Shown: piece after piece, positions 49,313 to 61,263 of the stretch
How the letters are laid out: the number at the start of each line of letters is the position of its first letter
How positions within the stretch are numbered: the stretch's first letter is position 1
Source: Leptogorgia sarmentosa
Lineage: Eukaryota
DNA: 64,000 nt
Direction of reading: 5' to 3'
Assembly (NCBI GenBank): GCA_964658305.1
Contig: OZ210885.1
Coordinates: forward strand, 13,268,001-13,332,000
Made by a program: the position numbers and the translations under genes
Notes under the pieces: model-generated
Told to the model about the DNA's origin: nothing
Databases searched by the model: none
Seen by the model: only the letters and a program-made list of their open reading frames with translations

Positions 49313-50224
49313 TCAACGTCTGTGAGCATAAAGGTAGGAATATTCGCCCCTCCAATTATTGATACTGGCTACACCACTGAACTGTTTGAAAGTCAAATTA
49401 GTGTGTTTGATCTTTCTCTCTATAAGAACTCCCTAGTTCTAAAAACACAGTGGAATGCCGGTCAACTAGTGATAATTAAACTACGCGCGAGTACGAGCTC
49501 GGGGTTTCAATATGCCATGACGGTAGATGAGAGGGAAACTCGAGTCAACTGTCACCTTGGAGAAATCGAGCTTGAGTAACTCGGATCATTCTAGTAGAAT
49601 CAAACTGAAAGATGAAACCTAATTAAGATATTGCACTTCATCATACATGCAAAATCACAACCGTATCGAGGTTTTATATTGAGAGCATGACAGATAATTA
49701 AAGATCAACCTTCAAGTTAATTTACATAAACTTCAGCTTTGAATTTTGTGACCTCTCGACGTTTACAGTTTAGATTTCGTTCATTTTGAAGTTTCTTCGC
49801 CAATAAGCCCACGCGCGATACAGGTCGTTTTGAAGCCGTTTTTAAAATATAAATGGCTTAATTCTGGTTTGTTAATTGTTGTATGAAACTTTATTAATAC
49901 ATGCATTCTTTTGCAGGAATATTCTCGAAGCTCAAAATCGCAACTGGCATCAGTGAGGTGTAGCCTTTATAATTACAACAAGATTCCGGTGGTGAGTAGA
50001 ATTAAATCAAATAATGTGTATAGCAAATATACAGGGCGTTCAAGAAAAGGTAATGAAGTTTAGCGTGCAATATAAAGCTTCATAATATAAGTAGGGTAAA
50101 ACCTTTTAACTTGATTGGCTGATGAGCGTGCATAACAGCGTAATTCGAGCATCTGGCTACTGAATTTTCCCGCCACTTATTTGTTTGGCAAAAAGACAAT
50201 AAAAATACATATACATGCTAATAA

Positions 50225-51058
50225 TCCCCGAGCCACGGCGCGAAGCGCCGTCCGGGCGTTAGCCCGGGGCGAGGGTAATAATTCCGCTTAGCGGAGTCCA
50301 AAGTTGCTTGATTTGGCCGCCATTTTGGGTCATCGTTCATCGTAGGTCATCACTGATCTCTAAAATATGGCGGACTATCATGAATAGCCGAAGCTTTTTT
50401 TCAGCTTTCAAGGAGCTTCTTAAAGCTTTGGAAAGGGTAAACAAAGACAAGATCTGTGCGTAAGACTTGAAAAGCCCTCTCAGATGATATAAAACGCTGA
50501 GAAATGGGACGAAACGACCATGGATTGAAACACAGGATAAGTTCGTCAATATATTGTCGGCAGTGAACTTTTGCTTTGCGTATATTTACTATTTTCATTT
50601 AAGGTCGCCGGCCGTAGCCGCGTTTAATCAATTCACGGCTCAATTCCAGAGTATAAGTTTATGTTTTTAAATGCAAGACTTCACAAAATATTTACAAACT
50701 TTAATCGAAAGAACACGAGAGAACACTGGAGTCTGGCTGGAAATTGTTTCATATCAAAGACTGACTTGAATATTTAAAACGTTGTATGCGAATAAATGTA
50801 GTATTTCGCACCAAATTCAAGTTTATATTAGTCCTAATAACGTACGGTTAACAAATGGTTCTCCAAATTAAAGAAATGCCAATAAAACCAAGATAAAAGC
50901 TGATATTTTGACTGTTTTCAAAAAAATACAGAAATATGAATTCCGATCGTGTTGCCATGACAACAACCTCAGGGGGCTTTAAATACTTCATGTTCCAAAA
51001 ATATAGTTGCATTTTTTTGGGAGTAAGGCGAGGGGTTGCTGCATATATGTATTTCTAG
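50225..51058 (+). mobile_element. Complete uninterrupted non-autonomous Helitron-like element (834 bp)
   Basis: A|TCCCCGAGCC..TATTTCTAG|T, no TSD, 5' hairpins ACGGCGC-GAA-GCGCCGT and CCGGGC-GTTA-GCCCGG; at least five related copies in the window plus a lone 3' end at 57310-57345. Confidence 0.82.
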
Positions 51059-51207
51059 TACATACATAAGAACGCTTCACTTGTTTGCTTTCGCTCAGCT
51101 AAAAGAATGAAGCTTGTTGTTGTTTGGCAACATTTGAGAACACGGGTTATCACATGTAAGGAGAATTGTAATTTTGATCTTCCTGATGAAGTTGTTTATT
51201 GCGTTAA

Positions 51208-52623
51208 AGAATTACTGCAACGAATTTTTCGAACCCCTTTTTATTGGCTTATTTTAAAGTACTTACTCTCCGAATATTTTTACCGCAAACAGAATTAAAA
51301 TTGCTCTTTTCAAACGGATTTTATGGCCTTTCAAAGTTGCGATTTTTGGCTACTTCCGTGCGAACTTTTCGACCACCATCTTAATGCCGTGTGACGTCAC
51401 AAGTGTAACACATTGTCAACATGGCGTATATTTCTAATAGACGTAAAGCTACTCGCGGAGGAAAACGCTGCGTTGCTGACGGTCCTAACATAGTTAGCTG
51501 CGTCAATGATAGCAAAACTGAAGGAGTATCTATGCATCTATTCCCTAATGAAGAAACAGATGCTCAGAGACGGAATAAGTGCGTGAAATTTGTCTGTAAA
51601 CATAACCCGGGTTTTGAGGCTACGGCGACCTCGTGCCTTCACTTCGAAGATTCGTGCTATGATATGAATCTAGAGTTAGCAAAATCGCTAAATATTAACT
51701 TGCTATGAATTAGGACTATTTTCCTTATCATATCAAATCAAACCAAATCAAATCAATTTATTCTGCCACAGCTTAAGTATTTACAAATTTAATAATTAGA
51801 AGGCAAGGAAGCCCAAAAGAAAGGGCCTATAAAATTGTGCTCTTTTACATACACACTTGTTCTGATAGATATTGAGACGGCAATGTGGAATCAATAATTA
51901 TACTGATATCAATATATTGATACCAAAATTAACAATATATCATTACAGATGAATATTAAATAAAAGCAATAAAATATACATTCAAATTTAGCCTACGTCG
52001 GCTATTTTAATTAGGCTAAAGTCTAAACAGTCTTGAACCTTCACTTATCACTGTTCCAGAGTTATTCTACCGTCGCTTCTTTGTTCAATAGTTGCTGGCA
52101 ACAATCCATCTGGATCTTCTGGAACACAATTCGTTTCCCCAGGTTCTGCTATAGCCATAGGTTCGTCGTCGTACGCAAAGAAGTGCGATATGACATGAAC
52201 TAACGAGTCGGATCACCGGGTCATGCAGTTTCACTTGAACTTTCACACGATTGCGGGTCTTTCACACGATCCCCGCCAGACTCGTTACTCGACTTGAGCA
52301 AAATATATTGTCTTAAAATGCCTATGTTCAAGTTTTGTTTCAAAAGATATTTTTTTCCGGCCAAAAAAGCGCGAGAAACACAGAGTATAGCTCTAACGCA
52401 ATACAATTTACTAGTAGCTTCGCTAAACGTGTTACACTTGTGACGTCACAAGGTGACAAAATGGCGGCTGATTTGTTCGCATCCGGTATCGAAGTTTAGA
52501 GGCGAAATTTAGTTACTTCCACTCAACGTACAAAAGTCATCTATACACCAAATTTCATCTTTCGACCTGATTATTTATTTAAGGCAAAAAAACGAGGTAG
52601 AAAAAATTCGTTGCAGTAACACT
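51208..52623. mobile_element. Internally deleted Kolobok DNA transposon
   Basis: TTAA TSD; TIR AG(AA/TG)TTACTGCAACGAATTTTT; THAP ORF start on + and a convergent ORF remnant on -. Confidence 0.82.
51421..51708 (+). pseudogene. THAP zinc-finger fragment (transposase N-terminus)
   Basis: KRCVA..SC.N..GVSMHLFP..RRNKC(W)VKFV..CLHFEDSCY. Confidence 0.8.
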
Positions 52624-52646
52624 TTAATAATCTCTTATATTATCAA

Positions 52647-52883
52647 AGAAATAGATAAAGTCGTCGGATTCCATTATGCTGTTATAATACACGAGGGGAA
52701 TGTTGTAAGGATACTCGAGAATCGCATAAAACACTCGGCAATGCCTCGTGTGGCAACAGAGGCGGATTCACTGAGAACTTGTCGGCTATGCCTCGTGTTT
52801 TTAGTGATTCTCTCGTATTCTCCCAACATTCCCCTCGTGCATTATAACAGCATAATGGCACCGGACTCGTTATCTATTTCTTA
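52647..52883. repeat. Long imperfect hairpin repeat
   Basis: AAGAAATAGATAA..CCATTATGCTGTTATAAT.CACGAGGGGAATGTTG and its inverted arm. Confidence 0.85.
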
Positions 52884-54162
52884 AATAGTGTATTCCACCA
52901 GTCATAGAGGTGAATGAATGACATGTCTTTTTTCTCCATTTTTGGAACGTTAAAAATATTTCCGAAAACACATATTTTCACCATTACGAATTGAAACTGA
53001 ACTAATTGAAAATTTACTCTCGTGAGATTTAAAAATTACCAGCTTCACTCCAATAAGCGACTAGAATATGAATAATTTATAATAACCCTGGTAAACTATA
53101 TAAATCATCGAGCTGAGCTATATGTGAGCGCATTTGATTGCCCTTATCATTTGCTATGCACTGCTGTTTATTAAGCGCGGAGTGATTACCGTGACACCAA
53201 TCTTTAAATTGTATAACCTTTATCAAGTTGCATTACCTTTTTTTATAGACCGTGTATAATAAAAATTGGCTTATTAAAATACTGCCGATATCCTTGTAAT
53301 GCCACGATTGTTCGCTTTAGGGAATTTTAACCGGCTTCACACACTATAAAATTTTTTGTATAAATGATAAAATTGCCAATTAATTTTGTTTACAATTCGT
53401 GAGAAATTAAAGTGGCTCCACTCACCACAGATTGAACCATTCAAATTCGAACAATAGGTAACTTCACCCAAACGCTAACCCTAGATATAGAGGGTGCCCA
53501 AAAAACCAAAGGAGCATTGCATGAAATTCACCATTATTCTAATTGGAATTTCCTAAAACTAAGCTTAATGGATGGTGTTCTTCTTCATTATTAATGCGCA
53601 CTTTTTTGCTCATTAGAATTTAAAACTATACAGTATCATTTTACTATTAATTTTGATAGTCATCTCAATTTTTCACGCTCTCCCATAGATTCGATAGTGC
53701 TTTTACATTGACAAATTAGATTCACAATGTATGAAAACGCTCCTAAACCCCCCTAGAGTATTCGCAAGAGGGATGTAGAAACGTTTTCGATATAACGCCA
53801 GCAAACCAGGATGAGAGTTTGGGTTTTTTTGTGCCTTTTAGCACCATGGAAGCTGTGTAACACCATGTAACATTGTGAAGGATCACTTTGTCGTCTTCTC
53901 TTACCACGGCACTGTTTAACACCTAATCCTGTTACAGAACTCCGCACAGTTTAAATCGTGCAAAGCATAGAATTAAAATATTCACCCAAAGGCCTCACAT
54001 GCATTGAATTTTGTGACAGTAATGTAATAGGGGGAAACACACAGTACTATATACGAAATATACGAAATATTAGCAGCCTTGACGGTGACCCACCTGATTC
54101 TGAGGAAGAAATGGATTACAAAACTCATGATCAATTCTTATTTAATTTTAAGGTGTCCTCCA

Positions 54163-56445
54163 ATGGCGAAGGCAGTAAGCACCGTTGCCACATCACCTGA
54201 AGAAAAAAGATGGTCTACAAATGGTATTTGTCTTAACAAAATTCTTACACCTAATTAACTTGAGAAATGTTCTTGTTACAGGATTCCAGTAGTCCTACAC
54301 ACACCTTTAGGAGGTTCTTAGCTTGATTTGGTATTTTATATTATTTCTGTATAAAAGAGAGATTTTTAAAATGCCAAACGCCACAAAGATGAACAAGCTT
54401 TAGTAAAAATAGCTATTTTATTCGAGATTTGTAGGTGCATAGTCACATTCTGACCATCTGTAATCTGAATAAATATCTTTTTTAAGAGAGCAATGAATCA
54501 TGGAAATGGGAAAAGGTTTCTAAAACACATGAAAAAAAGTTCGAAAAGTTGATCAAACATGGACAGGAGCATCCTGGCGAAATCATGGAAATAAACGGTG
54601 TACGTGTTTGTTTGGATGAAAAGTTTCTTATTGGCACTGGTGGACAAAGTAATGGAGTTTATGTGGGATTAGGAAAAGATGGTAGTGAAAAGGCTGTGAA
54701 ACTTTTTCTCAAAGCTACTCACGGGCATTTAGCTCAAAAAGAAAAGGAGTTGTTGATAAAATGCGAAACTAAAGAGCTCGCTCATGTTGTTAGGTATTGG
54801 TACTTAGACAACACCAGTCACAACACATTCGCATTTTTAATCATGGAATTGTGCGAGGAAACATTAGAAACTTTTGTCACTCGCAATGGTCAGGACGGTT
54901 TGATAAAAGCTGCACCAGGTATACTTAAGCAAATTTTAAAAGGATTAGCAGATCTCCATCGCGAACCATGTTGTATTTTGCATCGTGATGTGAAACCGTT
55001 GAATATTCTGCGAAATGCCAATGGTAAGTGGTTGCTGGCAGATTTTGGAATCGGGCGGATCTTGTCAGATGATGAAACTACGTTCATGAGCATGGAGAGG
55101 GGAACAAAAAAATGGAGAGCCGTTGAATCGTGTTCTGAAAGCAGCACTTCCGGTGATGGCAGAGTTAGGTACAAGACGAAATCTGATATCCAGGTGTGAT
55201 TTTTCTTATATAAATTCACGTTAATTTACCTTCGATCACTCGTCTTATTTAGCAATTTAGGGTCTGAAATAAGTGTGGCCTGGTCATACACGTTACCTGT
55301 GAAACATAATTTTATCGTATTTTCACTTTGTTTACATGTACAGTACTAGTCTTTCTGTTCTTTTGTTTATCTTATAGGTAACTGGAATGGTAGCATTTTA
55401 CATTTTGACAAAACGTAAACATCCTTTCGGAGAAAATGAACAACGAATACATGACAACTTACTCGCCGGCAATCCTGTTAATCTGAATATGTTGGACAGT
55501 CATCCTTTGGCGAAGGATTTGATATCCTGGATGTTGAGCCACGATCCCAACGATAGACCATCGGCTGAAGAAGCATTACAACACCCTTATCTTAAGTCAA
55601 ACGAACAACAGTTCAATTTGTTGTGTGGAATAGGAAATGAGTCCCACGTCAAGAAAAAGGATCTGAATTCTGATGTCGTGAAAGAGTTGAATAAAGACAC
55701 AACAGATTGGAGAACTCGGATGGATAGCGATGTTTTGAATTATTTAAGTTATGATCAGTTGAAGAAGATATCATTCAAATACACCTCGTCTTGGACGGAC
55801 TGTTTACGGCTAATTCGTAATATCAAAGAGCATTGGAAAGACTGTCCTAGGACGGAACCCGAGGCAATGAAAGTGGGTGATCCTCAAGAATATTTCCTTC
55901 ATTTCTTTCCTGATCTTGTTCTCAGAGTTTACAAAATTATCAGATCATGTGATGATTTGAAAGAACTGCCAGGTCTGAAGGAATATTTCAGAGGTACGTA
56001 TAGTTTTCGAAATAAAGCCTTTTTTAGCAGCCTGATTTAGGCTGCTCGATTTATGTATCTACGTACGCTCTCTATGAACGTACACAAGCTTGTTCAGTAT
56101 TTCCAGTTGAGCCCCAAAGTTCAATCTCAAAGTGATTTAACGATTTTACTGAACATGCATACTTAAGCTTCGACATTAAGCGCGACATAGTGACGCGTAA
56201 TTTAATGAAATTTTTGCATTTTCAACAAAAAAGCAGCAAACATGTTACAACAAAAAACGTTATTTTCCGGCAACAGACATTTTAAGAAAATTGTTTCCTC
56301 TACTAGGTGTTCCACTAGAATCACAAGGAAGGGCACCGGCAAATGATAATAAAACTGACCCAATCGGCAACGAAGACTCGATTAGTGATGTCCCGGAGAG
56401 TAGTTTTCGAGTTACCAAAGTCACTGGGGAAACGGCAGATGTGAG
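54163..56445 (+). CDS. Soluble IRE1/RNase L-family kinase + KEN ribonuclease; exons 54163-54223 (tentative), 54487-55193, 55378-55993, 56307-56445
   Basis: Kinase motifs IGTGG..VYVG, KAVK, MELC, HRDVKPLN, ADFG, KSDIQ|VTGMVAFYILT..HPFG, DRPSAEEALQHP; KEN motif Y..SWTDCLRLIRNIKEHW..YF..FPDL; GT-AG introns in phases 1, 0, 1. Confidence 0.88.
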
Positions 56446-58643
56446 GTATGCAATTAAGATTAATGAACACACATGCTCATACATGTTTAATACCGATATA
56501 ACATGTCCAGTGGATATTAAAATGTCCAATATGAACAAATGAATTGAACAAATAAACAAATGGCATGCTTAATTTACGCTGTACGTAATTTGCATACGGA
56601 AATACCTACCTCTAAAATATTCCACTTAGACCTAACACTTGTTTCAAATCATCACATGATATATGGCAATTTGGTACACGGACGTACGAACTCCTCTTTG
56701 CATACTAATCACTTTCGACGCCAGATGTACGTGGTAAATTGGTAATACCACAGAGTAATGCTACTAGTGCTCGCTTCGGCCATGCCAATTGTGAGAAAAA
56801 CCCATCTCGCCTCTGTTCATCTCATCTGGTTTTAATTTGGTCTTTTCACTCTGGTATTTTAGCGGCTCAGGCGGTTCAAATACCCAACAAGCAACATTTT
56901 CTAAACTTGTTTACATATTTATCAAAATAAGAAAACTTTTCAAAACATGATTGTTTTCATCAGGTAAAACACTGCAGTATTTATGAATTTGTTGATAAAA
57001 TTACGGAAGAAACAGAACTCAAAGTAGTTCTATGAAACATTTTTGTCAACAATATAGGTTCAGATTTCGAACATCATAATTGTCAAAAACACACGAAAGG
57101 AAGTAAGGACTAAGGGCTCTTTAACAACATACGTACCGCTTGAATTTAAAAAACAAACGATTTTCATGACAAATGTGTGCTTTTTCCTCAGATAGTCCAA
57201 ACAAAGAAGCAAACCGTTTTCAAAATACGGCTGAGTAGTCTCGAATTTTCCATGCGCGTCTGATCTATATAGATCGCGTTAAACTGCAGGGAGCTACCGT
57301 AATTGGTTAGTAAGGCGAGGGGTTACTGCATATATCTATTTCTAGTATTATACATAACCGTAACGTCGTTGCGTACCAATTTTCTGCTAACCACTACATC
57401 ATTGCATACAAATTATTGCGATATTAAAATCATGACGTCGTTGCATACCAATTAGCTACGCCCAAAAACATGACGTCATTTGCATGTTAACCATTAGTCG
57501 GTGTTTGTAATCAATCCCTAAGTGATATTATGATAAAACTGAAATAGTGAACGAGTTTCTCAGATAGACCCAATGACTTTCTCGATTTATTATTTTACAC
57601 AGATCTCTTGACAACAAGGATCTTTCTGCGGACGTGGAACATATTGTTATAACTGCTGAGAAGAGTGACTTGAATAAAAATACGCAGGTAATTATACATG
57701 ATTTTCTGAAACTTTAATTCTCTAGATAAACATAAAATAGTGAAACACACCCAAACGCACCTCAACCCCCACTCCTTCCCAAAACAAACTATGAATTGAT
57801 CCCTCACCTTTAACTGGTACAATATAATTGCATGGTCGTTACTTACTCACAGCGCATTGTCAGACCATTTACACATGTAACGAAAGCTGCTTTATGGTCT
57901 AAACTTCATATATTTGAAAACTATGACCAAAAATGGCTCCCGTCATCTGTTGCGTATTTGCACGTGCGTTTACCACGGAAAGGTTCATGATTTTATTCCT
58001 TTCAACTTTTCCTTATGAAATAACTATTTGCATAGAAATAAAGCATACAACTTCATTTGTGATTTAATGTGTATTCTTTAACTAAAGTAATTGGTACTTT
58101 AATGAAATTTTGAAAGATTTAAGCCTTTCCGAGCGTCACGCACGTGCAAAAATACCGTAACTGGAAAGCAGCCTTAAGGAACTGAATATATTTACCGATA
58201 CTTTGAAGCGCTCTATAAATTTTTAGCAATTTATTTTAGATGCGGTGTTCATTCCTTTTTTTCCCTGCTGGCTTTTGCGTACAATATACTACGCCTAATC
58301 CCACCCTAAACCCTAAAATCCTAAGCCTAACCGTAGAGGTCGAAGAAATATGCAGGAAAAAAGACGTTTTAGCTCGTTTTAAGTATAATCATATAGAGGG
58401 CAAATTTGAGACACATCGCGTGCCTCGCCGTTTGAGCTAATTTCGAACTCGCTCAAAACCACGATCAACGAAAGTATTTAAAATGAAAATGTATTCCGTC
58501 AAATTTAATGTGCTTTCCATTTTTCAAATTAGCTTAATTAAAGTTTTCGAACATTTGTGATCGTGCTTTGAATAAGCGCCGCATATTGTCGATACTCGAC
58601 AAATATTATATTTCCCCGATATAATTATGCAATCTTTTTGTAG

Positions 58644-59573
58644 CGTAAAAGAATAGAAGAAATGAAAACAACTAATTCAGTATCGAAAAAGAAAGCTCTT
58701 GAAACAGTAATGAACAAATACGGAGAAAATCATGCTGACACTGCTAGAAAGTATAACGAAATGGGAGTCGCACAATTTAACATGAAAGATTATAAATCCG
58801 CATTACAGTCATTTCAAAATGCTCTTGAAATCAGATTAAAACTGTTTGGAGAAAATCACGCTCACACTGCTCGAAGTTATCACAACATTGGAGCTACACA
58901 ACATGAGATGAAAGATTATAAATCTGCATTACAGTCACATCAACGTGCTCTTGAAATTAGATTAAAACTGTTTGGAGAAAATCGTGCTGACACTGCTCGA
59001 AGTTATCACGAAATTGGGGCTGCACAACATAAGATGAAAGATTATAAATCCGCATTACAGTCATTGCAACATGCTCTTGAAATCAGATTAAAACTGTTTG
59101 GAGAAAATCATGCTGCCACCACTCGAAGTTATCACAGCATTGGAGTAACACAACATAAGATGAAAGATTACAAATCCGCATTACTGTCATTTCAACATGG
59201 TCTTGAAATCAAATTAAAACTGTTTGGAGAAAATCATGCTGACACTGCTCAAAGTTATTACAGCATTGGACGCACACAACGTGAGATGAAAGATTATAAA
59301 TGCGCATTACAGTCACATCAACATGCTCTTGAAATCAGATTAAACCTGTTTCAAAAAAATCATGCGGACACTGCTGAAAGTTATCACGAAATTGGAGTTA
59401 CACAACATGAGATGAAAGATTATAAATCCGCATTACAATCACATCAACATGCTCTTGAAATCAGATTAAAACTATTTGGAGAAAATCATGCTGACACTGT
59501 AAGTACCTATAAGCTCATTGAACGCTTGCGAGGTGATATGAAAGATCGATTTATAATACAATATAGCTTTTGA
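58644..59573 (+). CDS. Terminal exon or ORF with six complete plus one partial 42-aa TPR repeats (kinesin-light-chain/nephrocystin-3 type)
   Basis: Unit FGENHADTARSYHxIGxxQHxMKDYKSALQSxQHALEIRLKL with 126-nt periodicity; acceptor tctttttgtag in phase 0 with the ORF. Confidence 0.9.
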   Translation, partial: RKRIEEMKTTNSVSKKKALETVMNKYGENHADTARKYNEMGVAQFNMKDYKSALQSFQNALEIRLKLFGENHAHTARSYHNIGATQHEMKDYKSALQSHQRALEIRLKLFGENRADTARSYHEIGAAQHKMKDYKSALQSLQHALEIRLKLFGENHAATTRSYHSIGVTQHKMKDYKSALLSFQHGLEIKLKLFGENHADTAQSYYSIGRTQREMKDYKCALQSHQHALEIRLNLFQKNHADTAESYHEIGVTQHEMKDYKSALQSHQHALEIRLKLFGENHADTVSTYKLIERLRGDMKDRFIIQYSF

Positions 59574-60170
59574 TAATTACGTCCAACACAAAGTCTGGTA
59601 ACTTTCATATACCTGTCAGGTTTTGAGAGTTCTTTCTCTATTTGGGCTTTTTTATTATTGTCCTTACCACTAAAACACCTAACATTAATCCCAAACTAGA
59701 TTCTAATTTAAAAACTCTATTCCCAACATTAACCGTAACCCAAATACTCACTCTAATCCTAACCCTAAACAAAGTCCTAACCCAGTTGGTAATGCCATCC
59801 CTAGTTTTGAGTCATAGGTATCACTTATCATACATAACTTTGTCCAGAAAGGATAATCACTGGGATTAGCCAGGGCAGACAATACGGTTATTGCTAGGGT
59901 TGGTTTGAGGGTCAGAATTAGAGATTAAGTTTCGGGATTATTGACATGGAAATTGAGCCTCAAATTTATTGTCTGCTGAATAATGAGAGCGCAGTTATAA
60001 GAGAGCAAATTTGAAGCTCCCAGGCCACATGACGTAATTATCGAAGGGTGTATTGAGAATGGAGTTTGATTGGTTGACACAGGGAAACAAAAACGGTCAT
60101 GTATATTATAAAAGTTAAACATTGTGAAAGGTCGGTCTCTTTGTTGAATCGAGAACTTTTTTAAACGTTC

Positions 60171-60645
60171 GATAGATAGATAGATTTATTTATTTAGAAC
60201 TTAAAAACTTGCAGCCTAATACTTGTGCATCTGCTGAATATCGACTAGTCATAGTAAAAATTAATTCGATTCAGTTACATATTTACACGAGTTAAAATTA
60301 ATAAAATCATTCTTAAATCTGTTGGTCTTAAAAGAAGGAACTTGGAATATTCTTCTTCCTCGCAGATTTGTTTCTGAGGAGTTCGCTGGAGGCAATAAGT
60401 CATATAATTTATTATTAGGGTCACTGACAATGTTTTTAAAAAGTTTATTTGTTAAAAACTGTCTTCTTGCTGCCAGGGTAACTAGACCCAATTGGACCAT
60501 GGCTCCATTGTACCGAAAATCTGGTAATATAATTTTACAAGCACGTTTTTGGAGTCTTTCAAGTTCATCAGGTAAGTATGCCGGGAGGGAGTCGTGAAAA
60601 ACTTCGCAGGCGTATTCGATGACTGGACGGATACGGGTTACGTAG
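60171..60645 (-). mobile_element. 5'-truncated non-LTR retrotransposon 3' end with microsatellite tail
   Basis: FYVTRIRPVIEYACEVFH..LERLQKRACKII..KTNRFKNDFI; tail AATAAATAAAT(CTAT)n. Confidence 0.88.
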
Positions 60646-60926
60646 AATAGAAATGTATAGCAAATACTCAATTTCACCTTCCCAAATACTAAGAAGATGA
60701 CGCAAAAACAACATAAACTCAGAACGTTCCATTGAAAATTCCTAATGGAATATATTAAAATTGTTCGATTTTAACTGCGATTGATTGAAAAAATTCCAAT
60801 AAAATAATGTGTGCCTTTGTCACGTATTTGGATCAGGTCAGTTGTCAAGAGAAAATCAGAACGGGGAGTGGCATGTTGAAGGTAGCAAAGAATAAATGTG
60901 GTAGGAAATTCCATGTTTTCATGCGC

Positions 60927-61050
60927 GTCAGGATGGGCGAACGGTCTAAGGCGCCAGACTCAAGTGCAAAAACTTGTGACGAGCAACCTTGACATAATAG
61001 GGCGTTCTGGTCCACACATGTGGTCGTGGGTTCGAATCCCACTCATGACA
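60927..61050 (+). tRNA. tRNA-Leu: Intron-containing tRNA-Leu(CAA), diverged
   Basis: GTCAGGATG..CCAGACTCAAG[~40-nt intron]TTCTGG..GGGTTCGAATCCCACTCATGACA; flanks match the 36.3-37.5 kb units. Confidence 0.82.
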
Positions 61051-61190
61051 ACAAATGTTAAAACATTGAGAGCATTTCTTTTCAAAGCTGATCTATTTAC
61101 ACAAATTCAATATCACCAAGAAAATTTTTCTGGTTTTTACTGAAAAATTCCAAAGAAAAAAATATCTCCCGTGAAAAAAGCTCATATGTA

Positions 61191-61263
61191 TGTTTCCGCC
61201 CAAGTTCGAACTGAGGACCTTGCGCGTGTTAAACGCATGTGATAACCACTACACTACGGAAAC
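61191..61263 (-). tRNA. tRNA-Val: tRNA-Val(AAC), diverged
   Basis: 73-nt Val body with stem substitutions. Confidence 0.8.

Noticed and set aside
54292..54323. Mini-exon between the first and kinase exons
   Set aside because: Introduces TAG in the required phase.
54163..56445. Calling the gene ERN1/IRE1 or RNASEL
   Set aside because: No luminal domain, TM helix or ankyrin repeats seen; orthology needs a phylogeny.
58722..59510. CRISPR-like repeat-spacer pattern
   Set aside because: The 126-nt period is fully explained by in-frame TPR coding repeats.
59730..59790. Telomere or interstitial telomeric array (also ~58290, ~62325, ~53475)
   Set aside because: Only a few degenerate CCCTAA units, as found inside interspersed repeats.
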